NCBI GenBank assembly: GCA_040954595.2
Contig: CM082588.2
Location: 10,958,844 to 11,022,843, forward strand
Length of the DNA: 64,000 bases
Source: Balanoglossus misakiensis
Taxonomy: Eukaryota > Animalia > Hemichordata
Reading direction: 5' to 3'
Of this stretch, positions 46,471 to 57,383 are shown piece after piece. A program made the translations under genes and the position numbers. A model generated the notes under the pieces. That model saw only the letters and a program-made list of their open reading frames with translations. It did no database searches and was not told the origin of the DNA. The stretch's first letter is position 1, and each line of letters opens with the position of its first letter.

Positions 46471-48934
46471 CTGTTTAAAAATAAACAAGATAAGCGACAA
46501 TTAGAAAATACAGTTACCTTTAATTTCCATCACATGTCCTTATTTGACCCCTGATGAGTACTATGACAATGAGAGCCAATGACAGGTCAATTTTGCGTCA
46601 TATTCAAATTGGTTTTGTGTATATCATGTACATATAAGTACTATCACTAGTATTTACATTGCAAATGTGTTCAATTAAGCTTTTGTATAAATTTGTTGTA
46701 ATTTCAATACATTTTGCAAAATTTAGCTACTTGCATAATATTTGTATATCACATGTGGACAAAGACATTGCACAAATTAGTAACATGGCTATTGTCACGC
46801 CACCTCATCAAAAACTACTAGCGGCACAGGGTTGGCCTGCCATAACATTGTCTTACACTCATGTTTCACAATCATTCGAAAGCTCATTGCAACATTGAAA
46901 TTATATCACCTACAAACCTCACCTTTCTACAAAGTTCCATATCAAATAAAACTTTCCCACATAAATCTTTTCCAGTTGAACCTTTTGAAACCACACACTT
47001 CACCTGACAAATTTAGTCTGGAAAGTTGAACGTACCCTCTATCTACTCTGAAACTACCAAGTTTAAAACAAACTTCAAAACTGGAAAAGGTTTGTGCCTA
47101 TGACTTTTCCCATATAATTACATTGAGAATACCTAGAAAACTCACTTCTACTATTTCTATGAAATATTACACATAGCTCAATCAAATAGAAATAAATGCA
47201 TCCATCAAATATCGTTTGGTCACTGTATTTTTTTTAGATAAACTTTACAAGTGTTTCGCCCATAGATACACCCTCACTGAATATGCTGACTCAGCAATTT
47301 TCCTCAATTATCAACAAAATTCATGGCCTTGTATTTCAAAAGCAAACGCAGTGACATGAGAAGCCAATAATCCAAAATTGAAGACATAACGTTACTTTCG
47401 ATTTTACTGATCATTACGGACTAGCTGCTAAAAGCCTACCCTGCGACCAAACAGTGACGTTGACCAACTTTCCCCTGCTCAAATGAAGAACTCCTTTTCC
47501 TGTTTACAAGTATGTACAATTTTATAGTATGCAAATACACACATACCGATTTTTTCACAGCTGATTTTCTCCAATTCTTTTTCCTTGGCATAATTCTGAC
47601 CTTAGTAGCAAAAGACAAGAATGTGATAATATCAATAACAGCATTTTAACATCATTGGTTAGACAACTTGAAACTGCCTAGATAATATGCAAGTAAAAGC
47701 CTGGCAAAAATGTAACATGTACAATTGCTTAATTTTAACATACTCACACAACATATATTTCCATCATTTTTATAGGAGTAATTGAAACTACAACATCAAT
47801 ATGACCATCACATGTTCTAGGACTTCCAAAATAGAGAAACACTATGAAAAACTTCAGCTGAAAAATAGAATATGTAATATAATTACCTGCAATTTGATAA
47901 AAAGTGATTCTTCAAGAGCTGGTTAAGTCTCTAACTGTTCCAAAACAATGACAGGAAGTGGCTGCTCATTAGGCTGTTCCTGGCACTGCCACTACTCCCT
48001 CACATTGCTGGCAACAGTAGCTTGATACTTTGGGGTTCAAAGTCAGCAGATAACAGCCAAGAATTTGGAATCCGCAATTACAGCATAGGGTATACTGGCA
48101 CCGCCTTACGTTGAGAGGTTTGTCAACAATAATATAGTGCAATAGTGCAAACAATATGTTTAGATAGCAACAGATCTAAAGTTATTACAATAATGCCAAC
48201 ACATGTTTTGAGCTACTCCTGTGTGTTCTTTCAACTACAGAAAATCAAGCAGTCTTTCCAATGCTGCTACACCTACATAAGTATGGTGTGTGCTACACTG
48301 CCCCAAGGTTATTTCGATACACAAATATAACTGTGACATAATCAGCTCATGTACACTCTAGGAGAGATTGCACTTAGGACTGGGTGTATCAGGGAATAGA
48401 TTACACAAAAACGATGAAACAGAAAGGCAAACAGCTAAAATGGACAAACCAAAGTGTCCTCATGTAAAGAGTACCTTTCAAAGCACTGGATTTGTTCATA
48501 GAGGCAAAACCAGAAATATGCAAATATCCACAGCACAGTACAATGTCTTACTTCAGTCACCATAAGAAATATGCCTACAACATGCACAGCAATCTGCCAA
48601 GTGGATTCATAGAAACCAATTTTTGGCAAAAAATTGCAAAAAATGCACCAAGAACACAATTATGGGAATGTCACCATACTTTCACGACACCTTAACTTGA
48701 AATGAATTTTGACCAAATATCCCCAAAATTACAAATATGCAAATTATGCAACAAATTGCCCCAAAATGACCTCAATTGCCTTTCAGTATACCAAGCTTCA
48801 TTCTAAATTTTAAAGCCATTGACCCATAACTTTCAGAAAAATTTGTTTTCACCTAAAATATTGACAAAGACGAAAAAATTCATAAAAAATAAAACATCCA
48901 TGATATCAACTGAACACTTACATGTCGGTCACAG

Positions 48935-49870
48935 GCTTTTCAATTTCAGTCCCAACCCTCCAAACGCGAAGTCTGTACCTGCTCTGGATGCCAAGATATG
49001 ATAAAGTAGGTCAAAGGTCACCTGAGGTCATGCAAAATTTGGGCAAGAAATTTTGACCTAATACTGGTCCATGTTCAATAAAAACCAAACCTATAGCCTT
49101 ATTGGTTAGCCTGGAATTAGGTATGCACATAATTAATGAGATATGCAGGTGTCACAGGTGACCCCCAATTGCGGCTTTTCAATTTTAGTGCCAACCCTCC
49201 AAACGCCAAGTCTGTACCTGCTCTGGATGTCAAGATATGGTAATGTAGGTCAAAGGTCACCTGAGGTCATGCAAAATTTGGGCAAGAAATTTTGACCCTA
49301 TACTGGTCCATGTTCAACAAAAACCGAACCTATAGCCTTATTGGTTAGCCTGGAATTAGGTATGCACATAATTAATGAGATATGCAGGTGTCACAGGTGA
49401 CCCCCAATTGCGGCTTTTCAATTTTAGTCCCAACCCTCCAAACGCCAAGTCTGTGCCTGCTCTGGATGTCAAGATTTGGTAATGTAGGTCAAAGGTCACC
49501 TGAGGTCATGCAAAATTTGGGCAAGAAATTTTGACCCTATACTGGTCCATGTTCAACAAAAACCGAACCTATAGCCTTATTGGTTAGCCTGGAATTAGGT
49601 ATGCACATAATTAATGAGATATGCAGGTGTCACAGGTGACCCCCAATTTCGGCTTTTCAATTTCAGTCCCAACCCTCCAAACGCCAACTCTGTACCTGCT
49701 CTGGATGCCGAGATATAGGAAAGTAGGTCAAAGGTCACCTGAGGTCACCCAAAATTTGGGCAAGAAATTTTGACCCTATACTGGTCCATGTCCCACCAGA
49801 ACAAAACCTCTAGCCCTATTAGTTAGCCCGGAATTAGGTATGCACATAATTAATGTGTTAAGCAGGTGTT
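48935..49870. repeat. ~239-bp tandem repeats in the Helentron 5' region
   Basis: About 4 units, each with AGGTCAAAGGTCACCTGAGGTCA and GGAATTAGGTATGCACATAATTAATG. Homologous in reverse complement to the central repeats of HINE-B and HINE-C. Confidence 0.9.
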
Positions 49871-50433
49871 ACAGGTGAGCCCAAAAATTTCCCTTTTATT
49901 TTGGCCCCATTGTGCTCACTGACCAATAGACAATCACTGTACAGGACTATTGCACAGACCAGAATCCCACAATAAGACGTGGACATAGCTTAACCATAGA
50001 GGTATAAGTAAAGGTATAAATTTAATAAAAAGACTAAAAAATCTTTAAAAATAAAACATCCATGATATCAACTTAACACTAAAAGGTCGGTGTGAGGTTG
50101 ACATATGGTACATGCATACCAATTTTCAAAGCAATCTGACCAGTAATTGTTGACTTACAGAGTTTTGATCAATTCCACATTTTACCAGCTAATTTGCATA
50201 TTTTTGGGCCTGGCAACTTCGTTTGGACAAACTCCAATCTACAGCCCAGCCTGCACCTACACACCAAATATTGAGGTGATACGCGCAGCGGTTTTCAAGT
50301 TTTTGATGTGGACGGACATACAGACATACATCCATACATCCATACATCCATACATCCATCCATACATACATACATACAGACGCAACCCATCCCATAAGGT
50401 CCCATGGTATATAGGCCTATACCAATGGGACCT

Positions 50434-51320
50434 AAAAAATGACAAATTTTTGACTGCAAAATCTCAAAATTTCGTCCATTTTTGAAAAAAAATCATGGGT
50501 AAAAATCATCAAAAAATGACAAATTTTCGACTGCAAAATCTCAACATTTCGTCGATTTTTGAAAAAAATCATGGGTGAAAATCATCAAAAAATGACAAAT
50601 TTTCGACTTTGCAAAATCTCAAAATTTCGTCGATTTTTGAAAAAAAATCATAGGTGAAAATCATCAAAAAATGACAAAATTTTCGAGTTTGCAAAATCAC
50701 AAAATTTCGTCGATTTTGAAAAAAATCATAGGTTCGTCGATTTTTTTAAAAAAAACATGGGTGAAAATCATCAAAAAATGACAAATTTTCGACTTTGCAA
50801 AATCTCAAAATTTCATCAATTTTTGAAAAAATCATGGGTGAAAATCATCAAAAAATGACAAAACTTTCGACTTTGCAAAATCTCAAAATTTCGTCGATTT
50901 TTGAAAAAAAATCATGGTTGAAAATCATCAAAAAATGACAAAATTTTCGAGTTTGCAAAATCACACAATTTCGTCGATTTTGAAAAAAATCATAGGTTCG
51001 TCGATTTTTTTAAAAAAAACATGGGTGAAAATCATCAAAAAATGACAAATTTTTGACTTTGCAAAATCTCAAAATTTCGTCGATTTTTGAAAAAAATCAT
51101 TGGGGAAAATCATCAAAAAATGACAAATTTTCGACTTTGCAAAATCTCAAAATTTCGTCGATTTTTGAAAAAAATCATGGGTGAAAATCATCAAAAAATG
51201 ACAAATTTTCGACTTTGCAAAATCTCAAAATTTCGTCGATTTTGAAAAAAATCATGGGTTCGTCGATTTTTTAAAAACAACATTGGTGAAAATCATCAAA
51301 AAATGACAAATTTTCGACTG
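50434..51320. repeat. 78-bp satellite, block 4 (array end)
   Basis: Monomer resumes after the Helentron and stops abruptly at ...TTTTCGACTG. Confidence 0.97.
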
Positions 51321-52535
51321 TTAAGACTATGGATTTAACTCTGCCCTGCGTAGCTGAACAAGAAACTATAATTGATACACAGAATAGAAATACTGAAAAA
51401 TGCAAAAAGTTACAGCTAATGGGGCTTAAGTCATGAAACTGTGTTTATTTTCATGTATATTGGCTTGAGACAGCTCACTATTTATGATGTGTGTTGTGAC
51501 ATTTTTTTATTCTTTTCAGTTTCTACATTTTGACACTGAACTTTATCATGATACTGTTGTCATTGTCGAGGTGTCTGTGTTTGACCCATCCAAAGTTCTT
51601 GCCACATACAGTGGACCGGACCAGCCTGATGAAGTTATTAGCAGTGGTAATGCAATGTTGGTGAAATTTCTCTCAGATAGTTCGCATACTGCTACTGGCT
51701 TTGAAGCATCTTGGCAAGCAGGTAATACCAAGTTTTATACATAATGTAAAACTGGAAATTTTCGCAAACGATAAATTTTCGCGAACTACACATAAACTTT
51801 GCATGTGTGGACACAAGGCAACTAAAAGCATTAATGCTCTGTGTTTACCTTAGGCAAATAGTGTCTCTGAAACGTTTCGAATTTTACCCTACGTGAACCT
51901 GGTATAACATTATAGATTGCACATGTAGGCAATATTTGCCCTACCTCGACTGTGATCTTGCTGATGTCCTGTTTGTGAAGTGTTTCTGTTAAGATGACTT
52001 CTTCTTTCTTTCAGTGTATTCTTTGTGTGGTGGGAATTTCATAGCACAGTCATATAAACAGAATCTCAGCAGTACAGAATATTTTGAAGGCAAGAATTAT
52101 CTCAACAATGAAGATTGTAACTGACAGCTGGCATCATTCACAACAGAATTTGTTGTCACTTTACAGGTAGTGGATTCAGATGCAATTAATCATGTGAGTT
52201 GTTTTACAGCATGACAAAAATTAGTAATTATATTTTTAAAAATACATTTTATTTTTGTCATTTCTGGTCAATTCTCAGTAGTCACTTTTCCGATTTCTTA
52301 AAATTTGGTTTACAAGGACCTTCAATATTTGTTATTATGGTGTACATAAACATGTGACAAATATCAATACTGGGGAGGAGGGGGGTGGGTAGTTTTAGAC
52401 ATTTTTGGTCCAAAAGTCCACTTATGTCAGAAACGGCTCTTCCAGTTGTTTTGGATTTTGGTTTATTGGGATGTGAAAATATTCTTTATCAGATGTATTC
52501 TTATATTACCTCATCAATGCTAAAGGTGTCCTTAT

Positions 52536-52811
52536 AGGGACGAAGTCTCTCTCTCTCGCTGCCCTTTTCCCATTAATTATGTTTGATACAAGACACCGTT
52601 TATGTTATTCTACATGAGGATATATAGTGAATCAACATTCGACCACACACACCTTCCATCCCATTTTTAGGATATGAGAGTAAAAATCTCGCCCAAAATG
52701 AAGCGGGATGGAATGTTGATTCACTATATATCCACATCTAGAATAACATAAACGATAATCAAACGATAATTAATGGAAAAGGGGCAGCGAGAGAGAGAGA
52801 GACTTTGCCCC
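52536..52811. mobile_element. Foldback MITE with long TIRs (copy 1)
   Basis: AGGGACGAAGTCTCTCTCTCTCGCTGCCCTTTTCCCATTAATTATG... is inverted at ...ATAATTAATGGAAAAGGGGCAGCGAGAGAGAGAGAGACTTTGCCCC-TTAA. Confidence 0.8.
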
Positions 52812-53213
52812 TTAATGGTTTTGTGTAGGAAATTGTGATCACTATGATTGTACGGTATGTCACATTTAAATGTACATATCAAATGGGAGCAAAGTGTCTT
52901 TGATGCTATTTTTTATATCTTTTCCGTTTATCTCCTTTGCAACAGAAGATGGGGCTGATCAAGTGTCTGTATACGATGGCGCTGAACTGAATCCTGCCCT
53001 CAGACTTGCTTTATTTTCTGGGATGGAGTTACCTAATGTCATCATATCTTCCAAAAGTATGATGAGAGTTGACATTAAGAGTGATGATGCAGTTACAATG
53101 AGAGGTTTTCATGTACATTACTGGGCAGGTAGGTAACGCATTCAAATTGATCAAGACGTTGTTTGAATGAAGAGGCAATCAAGGATTCATGATGCAAGAG
53201 AACAATGTTTTAA

Positions 53214-53562
53214 AGGGACAAACACTCTCTCTCGCTACCCTTTTTCCAGGAATTATGATGATACAATACAGCGTTTATGTTATTCTACATGTGGATATAT
53301 ATTAAAACAACGTTTGACCACAAACAACTTCCATCCCACTTGTAGACACAAGAGTGAAAAAACTCGCCAAAATGAATAATTGGTCTCTACCGTTTATTCA
53401 TTTTGGCAATATTTTTACTCTCATATCCTACAAACGGGATGGAAGTTGTGCGTGGTTGAATGTTGATTCACTATATATCCACATGTAGAATAACATAAAC
53501 AGTGTCTTGTATCAAACATAGTTAATGGAAAAAGGGCAGCGAGTGAGAGAAACTTTGTCCCT
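53214..53562. mobile_element. Foldback MITE, TTAA-flanked (copy 2; Kolobok/piggyBac-type target)
   Basis: TTAA-AGGGACAAA...TTTGTCCCT-TTAA with >100-bp imperfect TIRs. Homologous to 52536-52811. Confidence 0.82.
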
Positions 53563-53944
53563 TTAAATCACTTAAAATCATTCCCAAAGAATTTCAACCC
53601 AGTAAGAATTGTAAGGATCACAGATCTATCTTCTTTTGCCATTCTTTCTGGAAGTTTATAATATAAGCTAATCTGATACTGGGTCATTATGAAACTTTTT
53701 AACAGAAAAAATAACAAAATGTGAAAAAAGTTAAATGAGTTTAATTTGATAACTACATGTATAACGACAGAAAGGTTTGACCTAAGGAAGTCATATACAG
53801 TTAACAGTCATTTCTTCTGTCGCGTACGACTTTTTATCCAGAAGGCAATTATTATGTGATTTGATCCCCTAGCACAAAATAAAAGGCAGCCAGGATTACA
53901 CCAAACCTGTGGATTGAATTCATTATTCCTTGTTTGGTATTTTT

Positions 53945-54688
53945 AGCTTGGCTGTCACTTGTGTCAGCCAAGCTGTAGCAGTAGGTTGATAAGTGTCCGT
54001 CTGTCGTCCGGCGTCAGTTGTCCGTCGTCCGTCAACTTTCGGTATTTCAATCTTCTTCGTTAAAACGACATTGCATATTTAGCTATAATTTGGTAGGAAT
54101 GTGTGTTATGGTGCCCCTACCTGATTTTGTAAATTTGGATTTGATGGGGTCATAAATATGCAAATTAGATCTAAAAATAGAATGTTGGTCAAACATTTTC
54201 TTCTCCCTAACTACATGTACGATGGAGCTGAAATTTGGCAGGAATGTGTGTTATGGTGCCCCTACCTGATTTCATAAATTTGGATATGATCGGGTCATGA
54301 ATATGCAAATTAGATCTAAAAATATAATTTTTGGTAAAAAATCTTCTTCTCCCTAACTACATGTACGATGGAGCTGAAATTTGGTAGAATGTGTGTTATG
54401 GTGCCCCTACCTGATTTTGTTTTATTGGAATTTTGATCGGGTCATGAATATGCAAATTAGTACCTTGGTACTTCCTTTTGATGTTGTTCTTTAGGAATAA
54501 ATTCTTTCTTTCTTTAGCACAATGAATCAGGCTGAATGTGGATATTAAATACTTGTGATGTCTATGTTTGGTTTTGTTTAATAGAATACAATTGTTATGA
54601 TTAAAACCTAGGGTATTCATATCATTGCCCAGCTATAGGTTTCACTGTTAAAGTCAGCAGAGCTCTTTTGACCGATAGGTCACTTGTT
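53945..54688 (+). mobile_element. HINE family D (DINE-1-like) in host intron
   Basis: T-run, 5' hairpin AGCTTGGCTG-N10-CAGCCAAGCT, (GTCC/GTC)n microsatellite, ~147-bp internal repeats, 3' subTIR-like GTCAGCAGAGCT and stem-loop TGACC-GATA-GGTCA. Confidence 0.8.
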
Positions 54689-55049
54689 TCTTTAAAGGTT
54701 GCCAGGGAATTGAAATTCTGCGTAGTTTTGGCACGATTCAGTCACCAGGGTATGATGTTAGCACTTACCCTGATGATGTTATGTGTAGCTGGTTAATCAA
54801 GGAACCAACTGGAAGACCATTAACTCTTATCTTTGATGAGAACTTTGGATTAGAGAGGAACACAGATGTTGATTACATCATTGTGAGTATCAGATATGAT
54901 CATGAGTCAGCCATGTTAAAAATATTTGTCATATTAAAAAATTTGTCATATTATTTTGCAGTGATTTTAGTTTGACAATTTTGGCAGACATTACTTCAAA
55001 CTATACAACTTTGGAACACAATTTGGAAATTTAATTAATCACATATATA

Positions 55050-55255
55050 CTGTAAAACGGGATACTTTTGCAACATGAAATTTTCGCGTTATCAAAAGAG
55101 GCAAGTGTTATGCAACAATAACTTTTCACGTTCTTGTATTTCACTGCATCATTATCCCCGAAAAACATTTTTACGCAACTTTTTATTTTCATGTTTTGAT
55201 GGCTCTCACGTAGATCGCGAAAATTTATTGTTTGCGAACATTTCCCATTTTACAG
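55050..55255. mobile_element. TA-flanked MITE (CTGTAAAA...TTTTACAG family); inverted relative at 55302-55496, partial copies near 51745 and 58553-58745
   Basis: TA-CTGTAAAACGGGA...TCCCATTTTACAG-TA termini with shared internal TTTTCGCG motifs. Confidence 0.75.
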
Positions 55256-55728
55256 TATGTTGAGTAGCTGTTACAGCAGGAAATGCAACAAGGATTGAAT
55301 ACTATAAAATTTTCGTGAACGATAAATTTTCGTAAACTATGTGAGAGCCAAAAAATATGAAAATAAAAAGTCGCTTAAAATGCTTCAGAGATAACAATGC
55401 AGTAAAATATGCCAATGTGAAAATTAATTGTCGCGTAACAGTAGCCACCTTTGATATCGCGAAAATTTCCTGTTGTGAAGATTTCCCGTTTTACGGTATT
55501 TACAATGCATGCTTAATTTGTCTTTGTTTCTGAAGGTATACAATGGTACTGAGAGTGATGATGATGTCATTATTGGTCCATGGAGTGGCAATTCTGATGG
55601 AGTCATTGATGGCACAGTGCCACCACCCGATTGCCGTACAGACATTGGACACTTTTCGGTTGTGTTCAGGAGTAGTAGAACACGACCAGCTAAAGGATTC
55701 AGGGCTTCATTTTCACCAGGTACACATA

Positions 55729-55935
55729 CTGTAAAACACTTTATTTTCACGAGTTGAAATTTTTCGCGACATCGAGAGAGGCCACTGTTTCGCCAGTATT
55801 AATTTTCGCGTTCTCTTATTTCATTCATTGCATCTTTATCTTCAAAAAAATTACGCAACTTTTTATTTTCACGCTATTTTGGCTCTCGCGTATTTCGCGA
55901 AAATCTCTTGCTCGCGAAAATAAAGTGTTTTACAG
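55729..55935. mobile_element. TA-flanked MITE with ~25-bp TIRs
   Basis: TA-CTGTAAAACACTTTATTTTCACGAG...CTCGCGAAAATAAAGTGTTTTACAG-TA, starting 10 nt into the intron after exon 55536-55719. Confidence 0.85.
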
Positions 55936-56153
55936 TAACTTACTAACATTTCAGAAAAAGTTGTTACAGAATTCTTAGAAACACACTCTCCCTTTATTCC
56001 TTGTGATTTAGAGTCATTAATTGAAAGGTGCAAATGTTTTTGAATTTTTACGAAACTTCAAAGAGCTGGAAAAACAGAGACAGTAATTTCTTACAATTGC
56101 AATGCAATTTTGGACCATTGACTGGAATGGCAACACTCTTGTATCACACTCAA

Positions 56154-56383
56154 TAAAGTGATGGGGTCGTCGCACTGCGTTTGTTTGTTTATAAACATTG
56201 CAATTCATCCACAAATCCCTGAAATTAGACAGCCACGACCTACTAGGATCTTCAGTTGCTGTCATGGACAGTCTAGGATACTGTCAGCTGCTTCGTTCAT
56301 TCTAAGAATTATCTTATTTGAGGGATTTGTGGATGAATTGTAATGTTTATAAACAAACGCATTGCGACGACCCCTTCACTTTA
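56154..56383. mobile_element. Foldback MITE with ~60-bp TIRs
   Basis: GGGGTCGTCGCACTGCGTTTGTTT...CATCCACAAATCCCT is inverted at AGGGATTTGTGGATG...AAACAAACGCATTGCGACGACCCC. Confidence 0.78.
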
Positions 56384-57083
56384 AAACAACTGACATTTAT
56401 GAGTTTAAGTATTTGTCTGCATGCATTCTTATCATTGTGATCCTTGTTCTGACAGACTGTCCCGAAATTGTGATTAGTGAGGGCGTGGTGACCAGTACAG
56501 AGATAGAAGGTATGATGTCTCTGTCTCATTCCAATGCTCGGACGGTTATCCAGTAGTTAAAGGGGATGTCCGGTCTAGCTGATATCTACATAATTTTGTA
56601 GCTTTGAGGTCACTCTTTCAGGAAAAAAAAACATTTTCGCCGTGTATAAGTCGTACCAGCTATGCAAATATGCCTAGCCTGGTGTCTTGTATCCAAGATA
56701 ATTAATGAAAAAAGTGCAGTGATGAGAGAGACCTAATTTGTCTCTTGAATCTATTGTTAGCAACAACTTGAATGACACTAATTTGTTGTTTATTTTTTAG
56801 GAATAACATGTGGTGGACCCCCTGAGTGCAGCAATGGAATTCTTACCAATGTTACCAGTACAGTGTATGGTGGCATTGCTTATTATCAATGCATTGAGGG
56901 CTATCAGTTTATAAATAATGTGTCTTCATTGGAATGCCAAGCAGATGGTGTCTGGGGTCCACTTGTGCCCCAATGCGAGCGTAAGTTGATATTTTTGAAA
57001 ACAATTAAACTGCCATTGTAGTGCACACTTAGGAGACGGATTTTCAGAAAAATGTTAGTCCTCTGAACCTTTCAGTGCTTTAA

Positions 57084-57383
57084 AGCCACTAGAGCTGCCA
57101 CTTTTTGCATTTATTTTCAGATTTTATTTTCCGACGTAGATTGGTACATTGAAATAATTAAGCTTACTGATAGGGATACAAGAACATGTCATCAATGCCT
57201 GATTGTGGCTGTATGTTGCAATTTAAACGTGCAATGTATTAAACAGGTGCCGTACCCATTTTATTAAAATCAGCCTCCATACAAACAGTATGCAGCTAGC
57301 TATCGTGGTATGCATCACCATAGATTTGAAAGGTTTTACTGTGGAAAAGAAAAAAATTGTGAAATTTGGCAGCTCTAGAGGCT
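57084..57383. mobile_element. TTAA-flanked MITE
   Basis: TTAA-AGCCACTAGAGCTGCCA...TGGCAGCTCTAGAGGCT-TTAA. Confidence 0.78.

Larger units (their letters stand above)
26403..50433 (-). mobile_element. Helentron (endonuclease-encoding Helitron), full-length ~24 kb including 7.5 kb of nested insertions
   Basis: Left terminus TAGCGTCAAGGACACTGTGGTCCCATTT and right terminus ...AGGTCCCATGGTATATAGGCCTATACCAATGGGACCT match HINE-A. Flanked on both sides by in-register satellite A-runs. Encloses a minus-strand Rep/helicase/endonuclease gene whose orientation agrees with the 5'-hairpin/3'-stem-loop polarity. Confidence 0.88.

Noticed and set aside
52122-52124. TGA as selenocysteine or programmed readthrough
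   Set aside because: It occupies a conserved Trp position (TGG to TGA transition), the next exon also has a broken acceptor, and no SECIS can be assessed in the window.
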